DNA from: Podarcis muralis | Taxonomy: Eukaryota | NCBI RefSeq assembly: GCF_964188315.1 | Contig: NC_135655.1 | Location: 112,778,001 to 112,842,000 of the forward strand | Direction: 5' to 3' | Length of the DNA: 64,000 nucleotides | Shown here: positions 1 to 12,472 of the stretch, piece by piece | Position numbering within the stretch: position 1 is the stretch's first letter | How the letters are laid out: every line of letters begins with the position of its first letter | Position numbers and translations under genes: made by a program | Notes under the pieces: generated by a model | Database searches by the model: none | What the model was told of the DNA's origin: nothing | What the model saw: only the letters and a program-made list of their open reading frames with translations

Positions 1-196
1 CCTGCGCGACTGTATGTTTGATGTGCGTATATATAGCTTCAAGCGCCTTCTTGATTGTTGTTTGTTTCCGATTCATTGCCTTAGAGCCGAAGGATCTAAA
101 CTTCATGCACATGGAACACTGCCGCTTTTGTATATCAAGTAACACTGTATTAAAATGGATGAGCCTATAATCTCACTTTCATTTCTGGTCTTGCAG

Positions 197-294
197 CGAT
201 TTCAGAGTTCCTTTGCAGAGTCCAGCTCAGTTAAAGACAGCATGGGGTGGGTTTTTTTGCTGCTTGGTTTGCTACGGAGCGACATGCATCTTAA
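197..294 (+). other. Candidate non-coding 5' exon of ZNF385B (98 nt)
   Basis: Branch-like CTCAC, pyrimidine tract and TTGCAG acceptor ending at 196; donor TAA|GTGAGT at 295; several CpGs in 1-130. Splice signals only, no homology evidence. Confidence 0.4.
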
Positions 295-368
295 GTGAGT
301 GCATGTACATGAACTAGTCGCATTTTTATGCTGAATCCTGCTTCATAACATTATGGAATGTCACTGTC

Positions 369-790
369 ATAAGCTGAAAGGCCTGGAAACGATGCCTTAT
401 GAGGAACGGCTAAGGGAGCTGGGCATGTTTAGCCTGGAGAAGAGGAGGTTAAGGGGTGATATGATAGCCATGTTCAAATATATAAAAGGATGTCATATAG
501 AGGAGGGAGAAAGGTTGTTTTCTGCTGCTCCAGAGAAGCGGACACGGAGCAATGGATCCAAACTACAAGAAAGAAGATTCCACCTAAACATTAGGAAGAA
601 CTTCCTGACAGTAAGAGCTGTTCGACAGTGGAATTTGCTGCCAAGGAGTGTGGTGGAGTCTCCTTCTTTGGAGGTCTTTAAGCAGAGGCTTGACATCCAT
701 ATGTCAGGAGTGCTCTGATGGTGTTTCCTGCTTGGCAGGGGGTTGGACTCGATTGCCCTTGTGGTCTCTTCCAACTCTATGATTCTATGA
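369..790 (+). mobile_element. CR1 LINE 3' end (ORF2 C-terminus plus 3' UTR), 5'-truncated
   Basis: ORF reads YEERLRELGMFSLEKRRLRGDMIAMFKY...RKNFLTVRAVRQWNLLPRSVVESPSLEVFKQRLD, the typical CR1 ORF2 end; tail GGGGTTGGACT...TTCCAACTCTATGATTCTATGA. Confidence 0.95.
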
Positions 791-2067
791 AGCAGTGATA
801 AGATAAGCACTGCTGAGCATGTGCAGAGTGCTTTCTCCTCACATGGAGCCATAGCAGCAACAACAGCAGCCAAAGTACTGTGAAATGAGTTATGTGAGCC
901 CAAGCTGTGAAACTGGGCTGTGAAATAAGGCAAATTCTGTTGGACTTCTAAGGCAAGCTCTGCACCTTCTCTGCCAATGCAAGCGTTTCAATACCAAGGA
1001 TGCAGGGACAGTGTTTCTTTTTCTTAGGCTTGACCCCAGTCAAAAGGAAAAAGAAATTTAGGACTTCCTCTAGAGTACTGATATAAAACTTTGTTTTTTA
1101 CAAAATGTTGCCTCAGCATCCATCCCTTTGTAGTTGCTTGTCTGTTAAGCTCTGCAATAACATGCTGCAAATCTGTGGTTATGCAGATTCATTTTCTCGG
1201 ATTAATTTACTGACGGAGGAGTCTTTCATGGCTCCAACTCTCCAAATGAAATTTTAGATGATCACTCTCCCCCTAAGTGGATTACCCTTTAATTAAAAAG
1301 CCACACCTACTCTTTGTTGTGGTATATTTTAAATGCTCCCCACCCCCCTTACTCCTGTGTTATAAAATGGGCACTCCCAATATTCAGAGTGTGGAATGAG
1401 CTTGATTACAACATTAAGCAAACTTCTTTAAAAGGTCTAGGAGTCTGTGCCGCTGTTTGCACTGCCACTGCTTACAGCATTTGCGCAACGTGTGTACTCT
1501 CATTATTGCTTTGTTCAGAAGAGCCTTAAAAACACAGCATCATCAGCATAATCATGGCGATATATCTTTTGTACTTGCTATCTGTCATAAAATGGGGAAA
1601 AACTGGAAACTGTACTTTAGGACTCTAAGGATTAAGGTTTATCTGTCTCCATAAAGGACACAAATCATCTAGATTAGAAGTAATCTGATTGTATTGAGGC
1701 ACAAATTATAGCACAAAGGCTGTTCAAGTGGGTTTAAGTGTGCAGGGCTGGTAAACACCATATGACCACTGATTGGTCCATGAAAGAGTATTAACCGAAA
1801 GATAATGATGGATTTTAATCCAAATCCCTAAAGCACAGCAGCTGCAGTTCCCAAATGAGTTTGCTCTCTCGGTCTGAGTTTTTCAAATACTGATGTACTG
1901 TGTTCCTAGTTCATGTCTCAAGAGAGAGTTAATTTGAATAATTCTTTGCTCTTATATTGAGCAGGTTTGTTTGTTTCTCCAGTAAGCTCCGCCCTTGCTT
2001 CTGTTTATAAATTGATCAGAGTTGGCCATATCTCTAAACACAATCTAGGAGAGGGGATTTTGTTGTA

Positions 2068-2287
2068 CAGTGGTACCTCAGGTTAAGTACTTAATTCGTT
2101 CCGGAGGTCCATACCTGAGGTACCACTTTAGCTAATGGGGCCTCCTGCTGCTGCCGTGCCACCGGAGCACGATTTCTGTTCTCATCCTGAAGCAAAGTTC
2201 TTAACCTGAAGCACTATTTCTGGGTTAGCGGAGTCTGTAACCTGAAGCGTATGTAACCTGAAGCGTATGTAATCCGAGGTACCACTG
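2068..2287. mobile_element. Tc1/pogo (Tigger-like) MITE, family A, internally deleted
   Basis: TIRs CAGTGGTACCTC...GAGGTACCACTG, TA on both flanks; near-identical copies at 29361, 39461 and 59587. Confidence 0.9.
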
Positions 2288-2672
2288 TAGGCCAAAAAGA
2301 AGTAGGTGTTTTAATGTGGTTTGTTAGTATGTACACTAAGCAAAATGTACCCTTATATAATTTGAGTGTGTACAGCCCCTGACATTGACATTCAAGTGCT
2401 TTTTAAGGTGTCTAGTCACACAACCCTTTTTCCAACTGCACATCATCAGCTTTCCAACTGTACATTTTGTGTCCAGCTGCATTAAAAAAAACCCTGAATG
2501 ACAAAAATAAACCCTGAACAGTATTAAAATTCTAAAGCTGTGAAAATTTTGCAGTTTTTCTGTGGACCTAGGGATGGGTTTGGAAAGGGCCTTTTTCACT
2601 TCCTAAAGTGCTTAAGACTGCCTTTCCCCAAGGGCCTATGTAAACCTTTCACTTCACTTATTATTTTTTTAA

Positions 2673-3218
2673 AGAAATATTCTTCATTCAACAGAATGGT
2701 TGAGTCCAGCTACTTACAGCCTTGTCAACAGGTTCTGTTCTCTGCCCGAGGCATTCATGGACTGTCTCATAGTGCTTTCTGTTTATGCACCTGTAGTTGC
2801 TCTCTGTTCAATAGTAGTTCTACGTACAGGTGCCATAGATACTTATAATGAACAGCAGAATCAGCTCTCTGGCTCTTCTGCTTCTCTTACAGCAGTTGGC
2901 ACCATTTCAGAGTTTGCTAGTTCTGTTCCTGTGTGGAAGAGCCTGTTGATTTTGGATGCTATCACGTCAAAGACATTGAAGGATGATCTCTACGATGTAT
3001 CTCTTCAAGCAGCTTCCATTGCAGATTCTTCCTTGGATGCCAAATACACTTTAATGCCGGACCTATGGCTTTCCAGCACTGTCGCAAGGTACGAAGGTGA
3101 AGGACATCAAGCTTCAGGGAGCAGATATCATTATGATAACATCTCACTGGCCCAGGAGAGATTGCTTAAAGATGTCAGTCAGAGCCCACTGGAAGTCATC
3201 TGTGTCATGAACCAGTAG
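2673..3218 (+). mobile_element. DIRS1-like ORF1 (gag) / LAP2alpha-domain remnant with an open 182-codon frame
   Basis: Motifs EW.SP, LIVLSVYAPVVALCS, SSASLTAV, AASIADSSLDA and (locally shifted frame) AGPMA-SSTVARY are collinear with the LAP2alpha C-terminal domain as recalled (EEEW, LSVPKVDDEILGFIS, AAASALQIA, AASYICEAAFDE, AHTMGNATVGRRY). Manual alignment only. Confidence 0.75.
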
Positions 3219-5237
3219 TATGTCCTTACCCTCGTGGGAACCTTCCTGCAGTAGTGTGAGATTAAAGGCAGAGTGCAAGGCATAGAGAGGAAATTACCCT
3301 CTGTTTGAGAATTAGTGTAGGATTGGTTTAGCATGGGGTTGTTTTTTTCACTGGTACTTTTACAAGACAAGTCATGAGTAAGTTAACTAATATTGGCTCA
3401 TAAAAGGCATAGTGGCAATGTTATTTAATAATCTTATGCACAGGCTGTATGCAGTTTTTTTAATAAGAAAAATGCAAGGGCTACTAATGTACTTTATAAA
3501 AATAGAAACATTATTCATCATCCTGAAAGAACAAAGAAGCAGAAGAAGAAGAACTGCAGAGGGCTGCCACTTCTCCCAACCATGATCTGTATACTGGGGT
3601 AATGCTTACTCAGAAAGAACCATTCTCCATACTTCCTGTAGCCCCTGTCCAGGCAGGTCGCAAAGCCCTGCTGTTTCTTTGTTGCTCTTCCCAGGTTGGC
3701 TACCCATTTGTTTAAAAGTATAATTGTGTTCATAGGGAATGTGGCTTGGATGAATATTATACATTAGGCGAAGCTAAACATTCAGTAACAGAGATGTGTT
3801 TGGGAACCTGAATCACCATTGGAGGGGTGGTAAAGGCAGGCACAATTTATAGAGAAGAAATTGCAAGTGCTTGGAAGGAGTATTTAATTGTTATCTCCTG
3901 CAACTTTGTCCTGCAAGCCCAGCAGGCAGAAATTTCTGAAATATCATGGGGAGAAGCGCATGGTGAAAAAAGAGTTTAGGTTACCACCTGCTCATTCACA
4001 TATTCTACCCTAAAAATAACACCCTCCCTGCTTGCCACCCTTGCAGTTTTGAAAACAAGTTTCCCAGACCTGTTTCTACTGATGAACATCTAGTTTTTAC
4101 CTGTAGCATAAAATGTGGAAGTGAGAGCTGGGATTCTTTGAATACAATTTTTGTGTGGTGTTTTTGTTTCTAACAGATGTTTTGTTTGTGCTTCAGCTGG
4201 TCGAGGCTTTTGTTTTGTTTATGGGATAGTAATTTAATAAACATGCAGAACTTTAATTGAGTAAATTAAACAAGTGCTTCAGCTGATGCTGCTGTCTTTG
4301 AATTCTTCATTTCTGTACGTGCTTAATATACATTCCATGAATACTGAAGTTTCACAATATAGAGGCTCCAAAAAAAAAACCTGCTGTTGAGCATTATGCT
4401 ATTTAATTCTTGGTGTCTATTGCCCTTTACAATAAAATACAATTTGCAGTGTGGGAACTGAACAATCTGTATTTTAATATATATATATATATACACTCAT
4501 ATTTTCTGAATATGAGTCTCTGAATAATACTTCTGAGTTTCGGATACCAAACAGCAAAAGGGAAGAAGAGCATATATAAAATCAATTAGTTTAGTGATTC
4601 TATATCGAATATCAAAACTGAATAGAACATTAAGTCCCAGAGCCAAAGAAATACTTAGGTGTACACAAAAGTTTGGGCATGTGGAATTTTGACTTCTTGC
4701 TCTCCAACTGTCCCATTTCAGCTGTGACTGCCATGTTTCCCCCCTGTTCCAAGGAAAGCTGCACTCTCAAAACAACCTGATTTTTCAGGAACAATTTGCC
4801 TTTCTTCCATTCTCTCATTTTTTGTCTTTCTTCCTTTGGCATCCTCCTTGTATATGGTCACTTAAGCTGAGGCCTAAATAAGTATCACAAGTCAACTGTA
4901 TAGCAAGATTTTAGATATATACTAGCTTGTATGTTGAATGCCCAATAAATTTGCTTTAGGGATTTATATCTTCCCAGGCTTCAAAACCCTCCTCATAGAG
5001 GTTTACACAACATAAAACAGCAGTGGTGAAACAGGATAAAAACCAGCACTGGAAATAATACTAAAAAATGAATGGATTATTTATTTACTTATTTATTTCA
5101 GAAGTCTTTGCCTGGTGATAAAGTGAGAACAAAGTGGGCACCAGGTGAGCCTTTCTGGGGAGAGCACTCCATGATCAAGGCATCACCCAAAAGTCACTAT
5201 CTCTAGTTGTCAGTCATTGCATCTATGATAGTCTTGG

Positions 5238-5547
5238 CAGGGGTGCAGCTAGCTGCTCTGGCACCCGGAATGGTGGGGAGGCAATCTGTGCACAGTGGCG
5301 GCATGGCGTTCCATGCACGGGGGCGGGGCGGCGGGGCGAGCTGCCCACGGAGTCCAATTGGCGGATGCAAGCCCTACAATGCTGTTTCGAGCCGCCCCAG
5401 GTGTCATCCTTGAGGGGGTTGACAAAATGGCACACCTGCAGTACGGCCAGAACTCCCGGTAAGTGCCAATCCCTTCGGTGTGCCATTTTGTCAACCCCCT
5501 CAAGGATGACACCCAGGGCGGACCACACACACCTTCCTACACCTCTG
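5238..5547. mobile_element. hAT non-autonomous element with a perfect internal 37-bp inverted repeat
   Basis: Perfect 8-bp TSD AGTCTTGG (5230-5237, 5548-5555); ends CAGGGGTG...CACCTCTG; arms at 5400-5436 and 5477-5513. Confidence 0.9.
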
Positions 5548-7051
5548 AGTCTTGGTGGGAATGGCAGCCATAAAAAAGGTTCTCTGTGAACAGGTCAGTT
5601 CCTATGGAGAGAGTCAATCCTTCAGGTGCCTTAATTTCAGTAGCAGAGTTTGTTTATTTGTTTATTTGTTTGCTTGCTTGCTTTTTTTCTAGACTGTCCT
5701 TTATCCTTACAGATGCCAGAGTGGTGTACAATAAGAACAGTATAATAAATTGCAGCACATACATGTCCTTTACAGCAATAAAAATCAAGAGTCCTAATAC
5801 TAAAAAACAACAATTACCTTATTATTGCATTTTTAACGTGGTATAGAAATATTTTAGCAGTTGACAAACTGTTGTCAATTGACAAATCCTTGTAGAATAT
5901 CACCTGTAAAAAGTCAATAAATCTAATGGCTTATTTTCCCAGTTTAACTACTCAGGATGTTATTTTGAGTTATAATCCTTTTCAAAATGAAGATCCAATG
6001 CAAGAAAGAGTTCACACTTCATCTGTACCCAATCTGTTCTCCCCACCCATATATGACAACATTATCTAATACTGCATTTTGACATAGCAGGTATTTCAAA
6101 GGGGCCAAGATATATTTTTTCCTGATGAAGGAACTCCTGTTAACAAGCCTTGTTATAAGAGCATCGTCTGTAAGCATAATAGCTACCAGGTTTACAAATA
6201 ACACCCTCATTGGCAGCATCTGAAAAAGCATAAAGTTATCTCCTTCAGCTCTTGCGTGACATTCTGAAAGCAATGCTGCTTGTTTATAAAAGTTGTGGAG
6301 ATGGAGGGAAATGGCAAACCTATTATGGGATGAAAATCTGTCAGTGTATGGCTTAAAGGATGACTTCATAAACAATGCAGATTTTACCTTATCACTGTGT
6401 ATCACAGTTCTGCATTCAGTTTTGGGGTAGAAAGATGGTTCCCTTCATCCTCCTCACCCCACTCCCAAATAAAATGCACATGAAAGGCTATCAGCACTGC
6501 CTTTGGGAAAACAATAGCTCTTCTTGTGTTTTTGTTAACGCTGCTGGATATTGCATGCAAGGTGTCCTGCATATGCTGCTCACTGCAGTATCCCAGTGGA
6601 ACTTGTAACCCAGATGGCTCAGACCATATGCTTCTACAGTTTTTAGCTATGCATCATGAAATAATACATAGGCCACGAGGAAAGACGTGTAACGTTTGCT
6701 CAGTACCAGATATGGCACATTCTCCTTCCAAGCATTGTAGAGAGACTATATAACACTTGAGGAAGCATAAGTGAAACACCTTTGAGGGCTCTTCATTCCC
6801 AAGCTAGGGACTTCAGAGAAGCACAAAGTTGCCAAAACACACTAGTGTTTGCCTGATTGCCCTTAGCCCAAATAAGGCTAGGGAGCAGAGCAATTAATGT
6901 TGCACAGACTGGAAAAAGGTGGCTCAGCCAGCAATCTACCGTCTTGCCCATCAGGCCCATCTCACACTTTTTAAAAAACAAACAAACCCAAATTGCCTCC
7001 AAAGATACTACCCTACATCTGAATTCTACCCTCCATGGGAATCTGAGGCAG

Positions 7052-7175
7052 ACCATCGGTCTGTCTGGCTGACTGGCAACAGCTCTCCAGGTCTGCACAA
7101 CAGGAACATTCCCAGCCATATCTAGAGACCTCCTCCATGCAAATCAGATGCTTTATCATTGAGCTTGTGGCCTTT
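7052..7175 (-). mobile_element. Degraded tRNA-Ala-derived SINE (Squam2-like)
   Basis: Reverse-complement similarity to the copy at 48233-48428 (AGACCATCGGTC, CAGCTCTCCAGG, CATGCAAA..GATGCT...ATTGAGCT). Confidence 0.55.
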
Positions 7176-7834
7176 CCCCATAGTCATAAGTTATAGAACT
7201 AGGGATGGTTGTGTGAGAAATAAGTCACCACCTCAGGGCTATGTTTGTGGTCTGTAGTGAACAAATGTATGTGCCACCACTATCAGCAGCTGCAGCTTTT
7301 TCCTAGGTACATCCTCTATAATTTATCTGCCACCTCTGATGCTGGAGGGCTCAGAGAGGGGCAATTGGATTAGAGAATGTTGTGAAGTACAGAAGCCTGC
7401 ACCTACTGCTAGGAATGCAAGTTGGATGCCCTGTCAGAATGGCAGAAAACTCCAGCTGATGCGTAAGTCCCAAGGTTTGGGGGGGAAGAAGAGGACTGGG
7501 CAAAGCTTTGTGTTTGTGTCCTGAGCTACTGCTTCCCCCTCCATTACCAGCTAAACTTCTCATGGCGCCATCTGAGCTCTACACAGGGTTAAAAGCCTTC
7601 CAAGTACCCTCCTGCCCCAATCCTCTTAAGTCTCATGCTGTTGCAAAACTGCAAGTGGTACCATACCACATAGGGTGGGGGGAAAAGTGATTTGAGAATG
7701 TTTGACCTTGTATACCTGGCTAAGCTTTTTAAATTTGATTTGATGAAGGTAAAAGGCACCTTAGCAGAAAGGATTGCAAAAAAAAGACAGACTGCGGGAG
7801 AACCTGAGGGAAGGAGGGAAGAGGGAGGATGCGG

Positions 7835-8950
7835 GCATTAGACTTTAGAAAAGCAGATTTCGACAATCCCAGTGTCATTAAGCAAAGTACCATGGAAAGA
7901 TTAAGTTATATGAAAAGGAGTGTATGAATAGGGATGGCAGCTTTTGAAAGCCATTACTATAGTTAGGAGCCACAGCCATGCAAAATGAGAAAGAATGGTG
8001 AGAACTGCCGGAAACTGATGTGATTTGGTCAGGGACCTTCTTAATGAACGGAAAGTCAAAAGGGGGAGTACAAAGGGAATCAAACACTAAGAGAAAGTAT
8101 GTTTGCCTAGATGAAGTAAGTGCAAAGGCAGAAATTAGTTGTAGCTGCTGAGAGTTGAAATAAAGTTCCTTGCTAGAAGAGAAAGGAAAACAATACTCCA
8201 GGGCAGATAAGGAAGAGAAAACGTCACAGGACAAAGAAAAAGTGTGTGCCGATGAAACATATGCATAATCAGACCAAGTTGCAATAGTCCTGATGACTAT
8301 CCTGTACTAAATGGTACAGGAATTGTCAGTGTAATGCAGCCTTACAAAAAGCTGCTCTACATTGTGTTAACAGGAGCTATATTTCCAAGACTTGAAAACT
8401 AGGCTATGCTGCTGTAGTCAGCACTAATAAGACCTCGTGTGTAGGACAATGTTTTGTCCTTGGTGCCATTCTTCAAGGAGAATGGTGAACTGGGGCGGGG
8501 AGGGGGGAATTGGAGGAATAGAAAACTATAAATATAATGAAGGCATTGTACATAAACTGTGAAATAGCTGAACGAATGGAATGAGTTTATCCTAGAGAAA
8601 ACACACTTGAACCAAGAGAATATGGTTACCTGTTTATGATAACCCTGGAACAATCTATCTCAAGATAGATTTAGGAAACAGCAGGGAAATAATGCATGGA
8701 TGTGATGCGCTAACGACTGACAAATGTATCGTGTCATCAGGTGCAGGAGTTGGCCGGGGATCTTGAAAAGGGTTCATGTGTAGTAGAGAGGAAACAGTCA
8801 CCCAAGCGACAGTCAGAAAAATACAGTACTTAATCAAGTGAGAGTTTGTGTCACGTCACATTGAAATCTAAGGCTAGAAAGACTTGAATGGGACGGTCTT
8901 GTTCCCGTGGAGCCAAAAATCCAAGTTGGATGCCCACGAATGCCCAGTAC
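7835..8950 (+). mobile_element. Old, fragmented CR1 ORF2 remnant with a large internal deletion
   Basis: Broken frames give LDFRKADFD, SKVPWK, GWQLLK, MRKNG, LNERKVKRG (7845-8075), then resemblance to the C-terminal CDAAAKK..CINR, SALIRP and FSLEK blocks (8330-8640). Many stops and frameshifts; right boundary uncertain. Confidence 0.6.
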
Positions 8951-9855
8951 ACCCCAAAGAGGATTAAATCTCTGTGAGCTGGACAAAGGTTCTTATAACA
9001 CTACATGGAGGATATATTTCTTTAGTGTGTCAGCCATCCCTATACAGTCCAAAAAGATGCAACATCAGTATTGCTAATAGACTTTTAACACAGCAATATC
9101 CATGTCCCCTGCTTCCATCTAATCCCTCCAAGTGTATTTTAAATGTGCTGCTGATTTAATATAGGTATTATAACAAGTGAGCAATAGTATACATGGTGCC
9201 TAGGGATGCCTTGTAATTTCTATCCTTGGTGGTTTCCAGGAAAAGATTATCATTAGGCAGGCAGCTGCTGGAGATGTTTTAAATATGTGTACATCATTTT
9301 AAGGCCACGGATTTGATGATCCAACTCTATGGTTCTGTGGTCAGTCACTGAGAGTTTGACCCCAGAGCTTTTATGAGGGTGGCTAAGCACAGTTGCTGGC
9401 ACCACTATCCTTATGAATTAAAAGTTACTTGGTAATAGAGATGGGCAGGTACTTAATCTGATTAGTTGTAATGTTATATCATGCCTTCCAGTGACTTATA
9501 GCACTTAGAGATTGTTAATGGAAAGGGCTGCTGCTTAGGAATTACATCGCTTCTATGAAACAACTGCATGGTGCCGTACAGCATTGGCAGTGACCACTAA
9601 CAATAGCTGAATTAATGTGAATAATCTCCGTGCTTTTCAGCAGTCATCAGAAAAGTGATAAGATTCTCAATGCCTGGGGTCACAGGACACCCTATCCCTG
9701 TATTAAACCTCATTAGCACTTCCATTTCTAACTTCAAAAAAAATGATTTAGTAACTGGTTCACACTTTGAACTGGTTCGGATACATTCCATATTATAATT
9801 ATATCCAGTGTTTTTTTCGGGGGGGGGGGGAGGTGAGGGAACTCACCAGGAAGTT

Positions 9856-10099
9856 TGTTTGTTTATTGTGGGCCCAGTCGCAGTGCCACCCCCCACCGCT
9901 GCCCCAGGCAGTGGCTAAAAGTAAGTTGTGATTAATAAACACAAGCGGGCAATGATCTGGATTAGAAATGCCCACAACTTTATTAATTACAGATATAGGT
10001 GGATTTTTGGCTCAGGCATTGGGTGTATATCCGCCCCACCCCAGCCTAACATTTTTTTTTAATTTAATTTAAAAAAGGTACGGGAACTCAGTTACCACA
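9856..10099 (-). mobile_element. Short solo-LTR-like element (244 bp) inserted in a hAT MITE remnant that starts near 9806
   Basis: TG...CA termini, 4-bp TSD AGTT (9852-9855, 10100-10103), AATAAA on the minus strand; shares three motifs with 12473-13244. Confidence 0.6.
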
Positions 10100-10689
10100 A
10101 GTTCCTGCTCAAACTGCCCCCCCCCCATTTTATCATATACCACACTTTTGTAACTGTAATATAATTCCTACAAACTGAATATAAGGATAAATATTTATCT
10201 GAAGGAGGACTATAATAGTGTATTTCCATACATGACTACCCCATCCTCCAAAATTGTTAGATGCTTTTGCCCACTGTTAAGGCATTCTGCAGCGGGAACA
10301 GAAGACACTTTTAGCTCATTTCGGGTATATTTATTTTTGGGTCTCCCAGCTAAGAACAGTAAATATTACAGAATATTAAGTATCTAGATCGATGACGTGG
10401 TTGCATTTAGAATTCCGTGTACACATTCTGGTCACCCCACCCTCAGAAGAGATGACATAGTGGTGCAAAATACTTTTCTCCGTCCTTCTCCTTGGCTACA
10501 AGGATAACAAGAAAACCTGCCTGAACTCTGCATGAGGAAATATATGGCCATGTGAAATTCATGAAGAAAATATTGCAGTCAGATTAGTTGTAATGTTACA
10601 ACTACATTTAAATGCAATATGTGGAGGGAGGGAAGATGAGATTTGGGCTGTATGACACCCACAGAATTTGGAGGACTGTAGAGTGGAGA

Positions 10690-10825
10690 CCATCTGCAAC
10701 GGGGGTAGGATAACCTGTGGTCTTCTAGATGTTTAAGATTCCAGCTCCCATCAGGTACAACCAGCAGGGCAAGTGGTCAGGGATGGTTGGAAAGGTAACC
10801 ACACAACATCTGGAGGGTTGCCAGA
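10690..10825. mobile_element. Old palindromic hAT MITE
   Basis: CTGTGG..TCTAGATGTT...CTCCCATCA / GGTCAGGGATG...AACATCTGGAGG, same architecture as 16029 and 52345. Confidence 0.5.
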
Positions 10826-10829
10826 TGTA

Positions 10830-11325
10830 CAGGGTTCTATACTTACTAAGTCTTGGGAGAAAGTGCTGGATTGTATAATTATGACTGTCCAGAAAAAGCT
10901 AAAATTTTCATCAGAGAACATTCTTCTGAACTATGTACCTATTGTATGGAAGTTAACATCAAGGCAACAAAAATGGATTCTACATGCTCTAATGGTAGCC
11001 AAGAGACTGATATTGATGAAGAATAAAGGATATAATCCGCTTTAATAAATGGATTGATAATATGGTAACACTCACTGCTTTGGATAAATAGGACAATATT
11101 TGGAATGACTTTATACAAAATGTCGTAGGCTATTAATATTTACATATGTATTAGGATAATAATATCAAAATTATATAAGAATGTATGAGTTAGGGCATTT
11201 TTCGTGTGTTGCCTATGTTTGTATATTCTTCCTTTCTACACATTTTTGTGCCTTTTTCTTTTTCTCTTTTTCTTTGCATCACTTTTATTTCTTTATAATT
11301 GAAAACTTTTCAATAAAAAAATATT
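10830..11325 (+). mobile_element. L1-clade LINE 3' end
   Basis: Frame reads WEKVLDCI...ENILLNYVP...KWILHALMVAKRLILMKNK, then NKWIDNM in a shifted frame (L1/Tx1 ORF2 end); T-rich 3' UTR; AATAAA followed by an A-run near 11312-11321. Confidence 0.75.
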
Positions 11326-12472
11326 ACTACCAAACATCTGGTTAGCCTCTACAAGATCTGGCCATGCTCTACTATTTCTCGTTTGAACTGTACACCATCA
11401 CTTCTGATTAATTCCTCCGTTTCAGAGAGAGGAAGGAGGGAGTTTGGGAATACAGGATGGCCTTTGAAGAAGAACATGGAACTTCAATTTCCTTACACAC
11501 ATCCAGACACATTAGGTGATATGCTGAATGCAAGCGACAGTCTATATGCTTGCCTTCAGTTTAACAAGCTATGTCTCATACTCCCAGGGTTCCTCGTCCT
11601 TATGTTTTTCCCCCCTGTGATTTTGCCTCCTTTTGAGGAGTCATTGGGAAAAAGTCTTTATACTTCTGGAACAAGCACAAGCGAAGCTCTACATAGAGCA
11701 TCTTGCAGTAAACCTATAGTGCTTAAATGCAAGGTAAGAGAGATAATGCATGCTGCTGACTTTTACTTAAAAATAATAAAAATAGCTCAGATGGAGACTC
11801 TTATCAACAAGCCTAAAATTATGGCAACTGGTCCAGAGATATATATTTTTTTTAAATGGCCTCCTTATATTGCCCCCTCCCCTGCCATAGCCAGTTAGTA
11901 ACTCTGAATCATATCCCTTAGAGGGGTGGCCCTATTTAGATCCAAATGGAATTTTCAAGCCACATGTAAATTAGACTATCAGAGACTATTCTATATTATA
12001 TTAATAGGATACTGTCATTTCTCCATAGAAGGATTAACATCTAGGTGGCACTGTAGAACAGAAGTCAATTTCAGCAGGCTCCTGGGGGTTATAATTAATA
12101 TCCAGAGCTAAAAATAAGTAAAAAAGTGCAAAGTAGCAATTATAATTATAACTTTTTATAAGTGACAGAAGAGTGACAAAGGCAACATTGTATGTGGAAA
12201 GCTGCCTCTTCTTCAAGTAGTACTTCTATTTAATTAGGGGGGGAAACACTAAAATGCAAAGGAAAAAACTTAAGAGAATGAACATTTTGAACAATGTCCA
12301 GGTTAACATGGTATTTTTTTAAAAATAGTACTGCCTTGCCTATCTTTTTCTAACGTCACTTCTTAACTTTTATATATGTAAAAATATATATATAACCTCA
12401 CTCACCCTCTGTTAGAAGCACTCGGATCTGATCCCAACAAGTTAAAGCGTGTTCTCACTAGCAGAGAGCACG

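Noticed and set aside
493-933. 146-aa minus-strand ORF
   Set aside because: Antisense shadow of the CR1 ORF2 remnant.
6019-6405. 128-aa minus-strand ORF; similarly 33513-33959
   Set aside because: No homology recognised, and the length is within chance expectation for 64 kb.
11383-11898. 171-aa ORF
   Set aside because: TTG start, no recognisable domain, low-complexity ends, no convincing splice signals.
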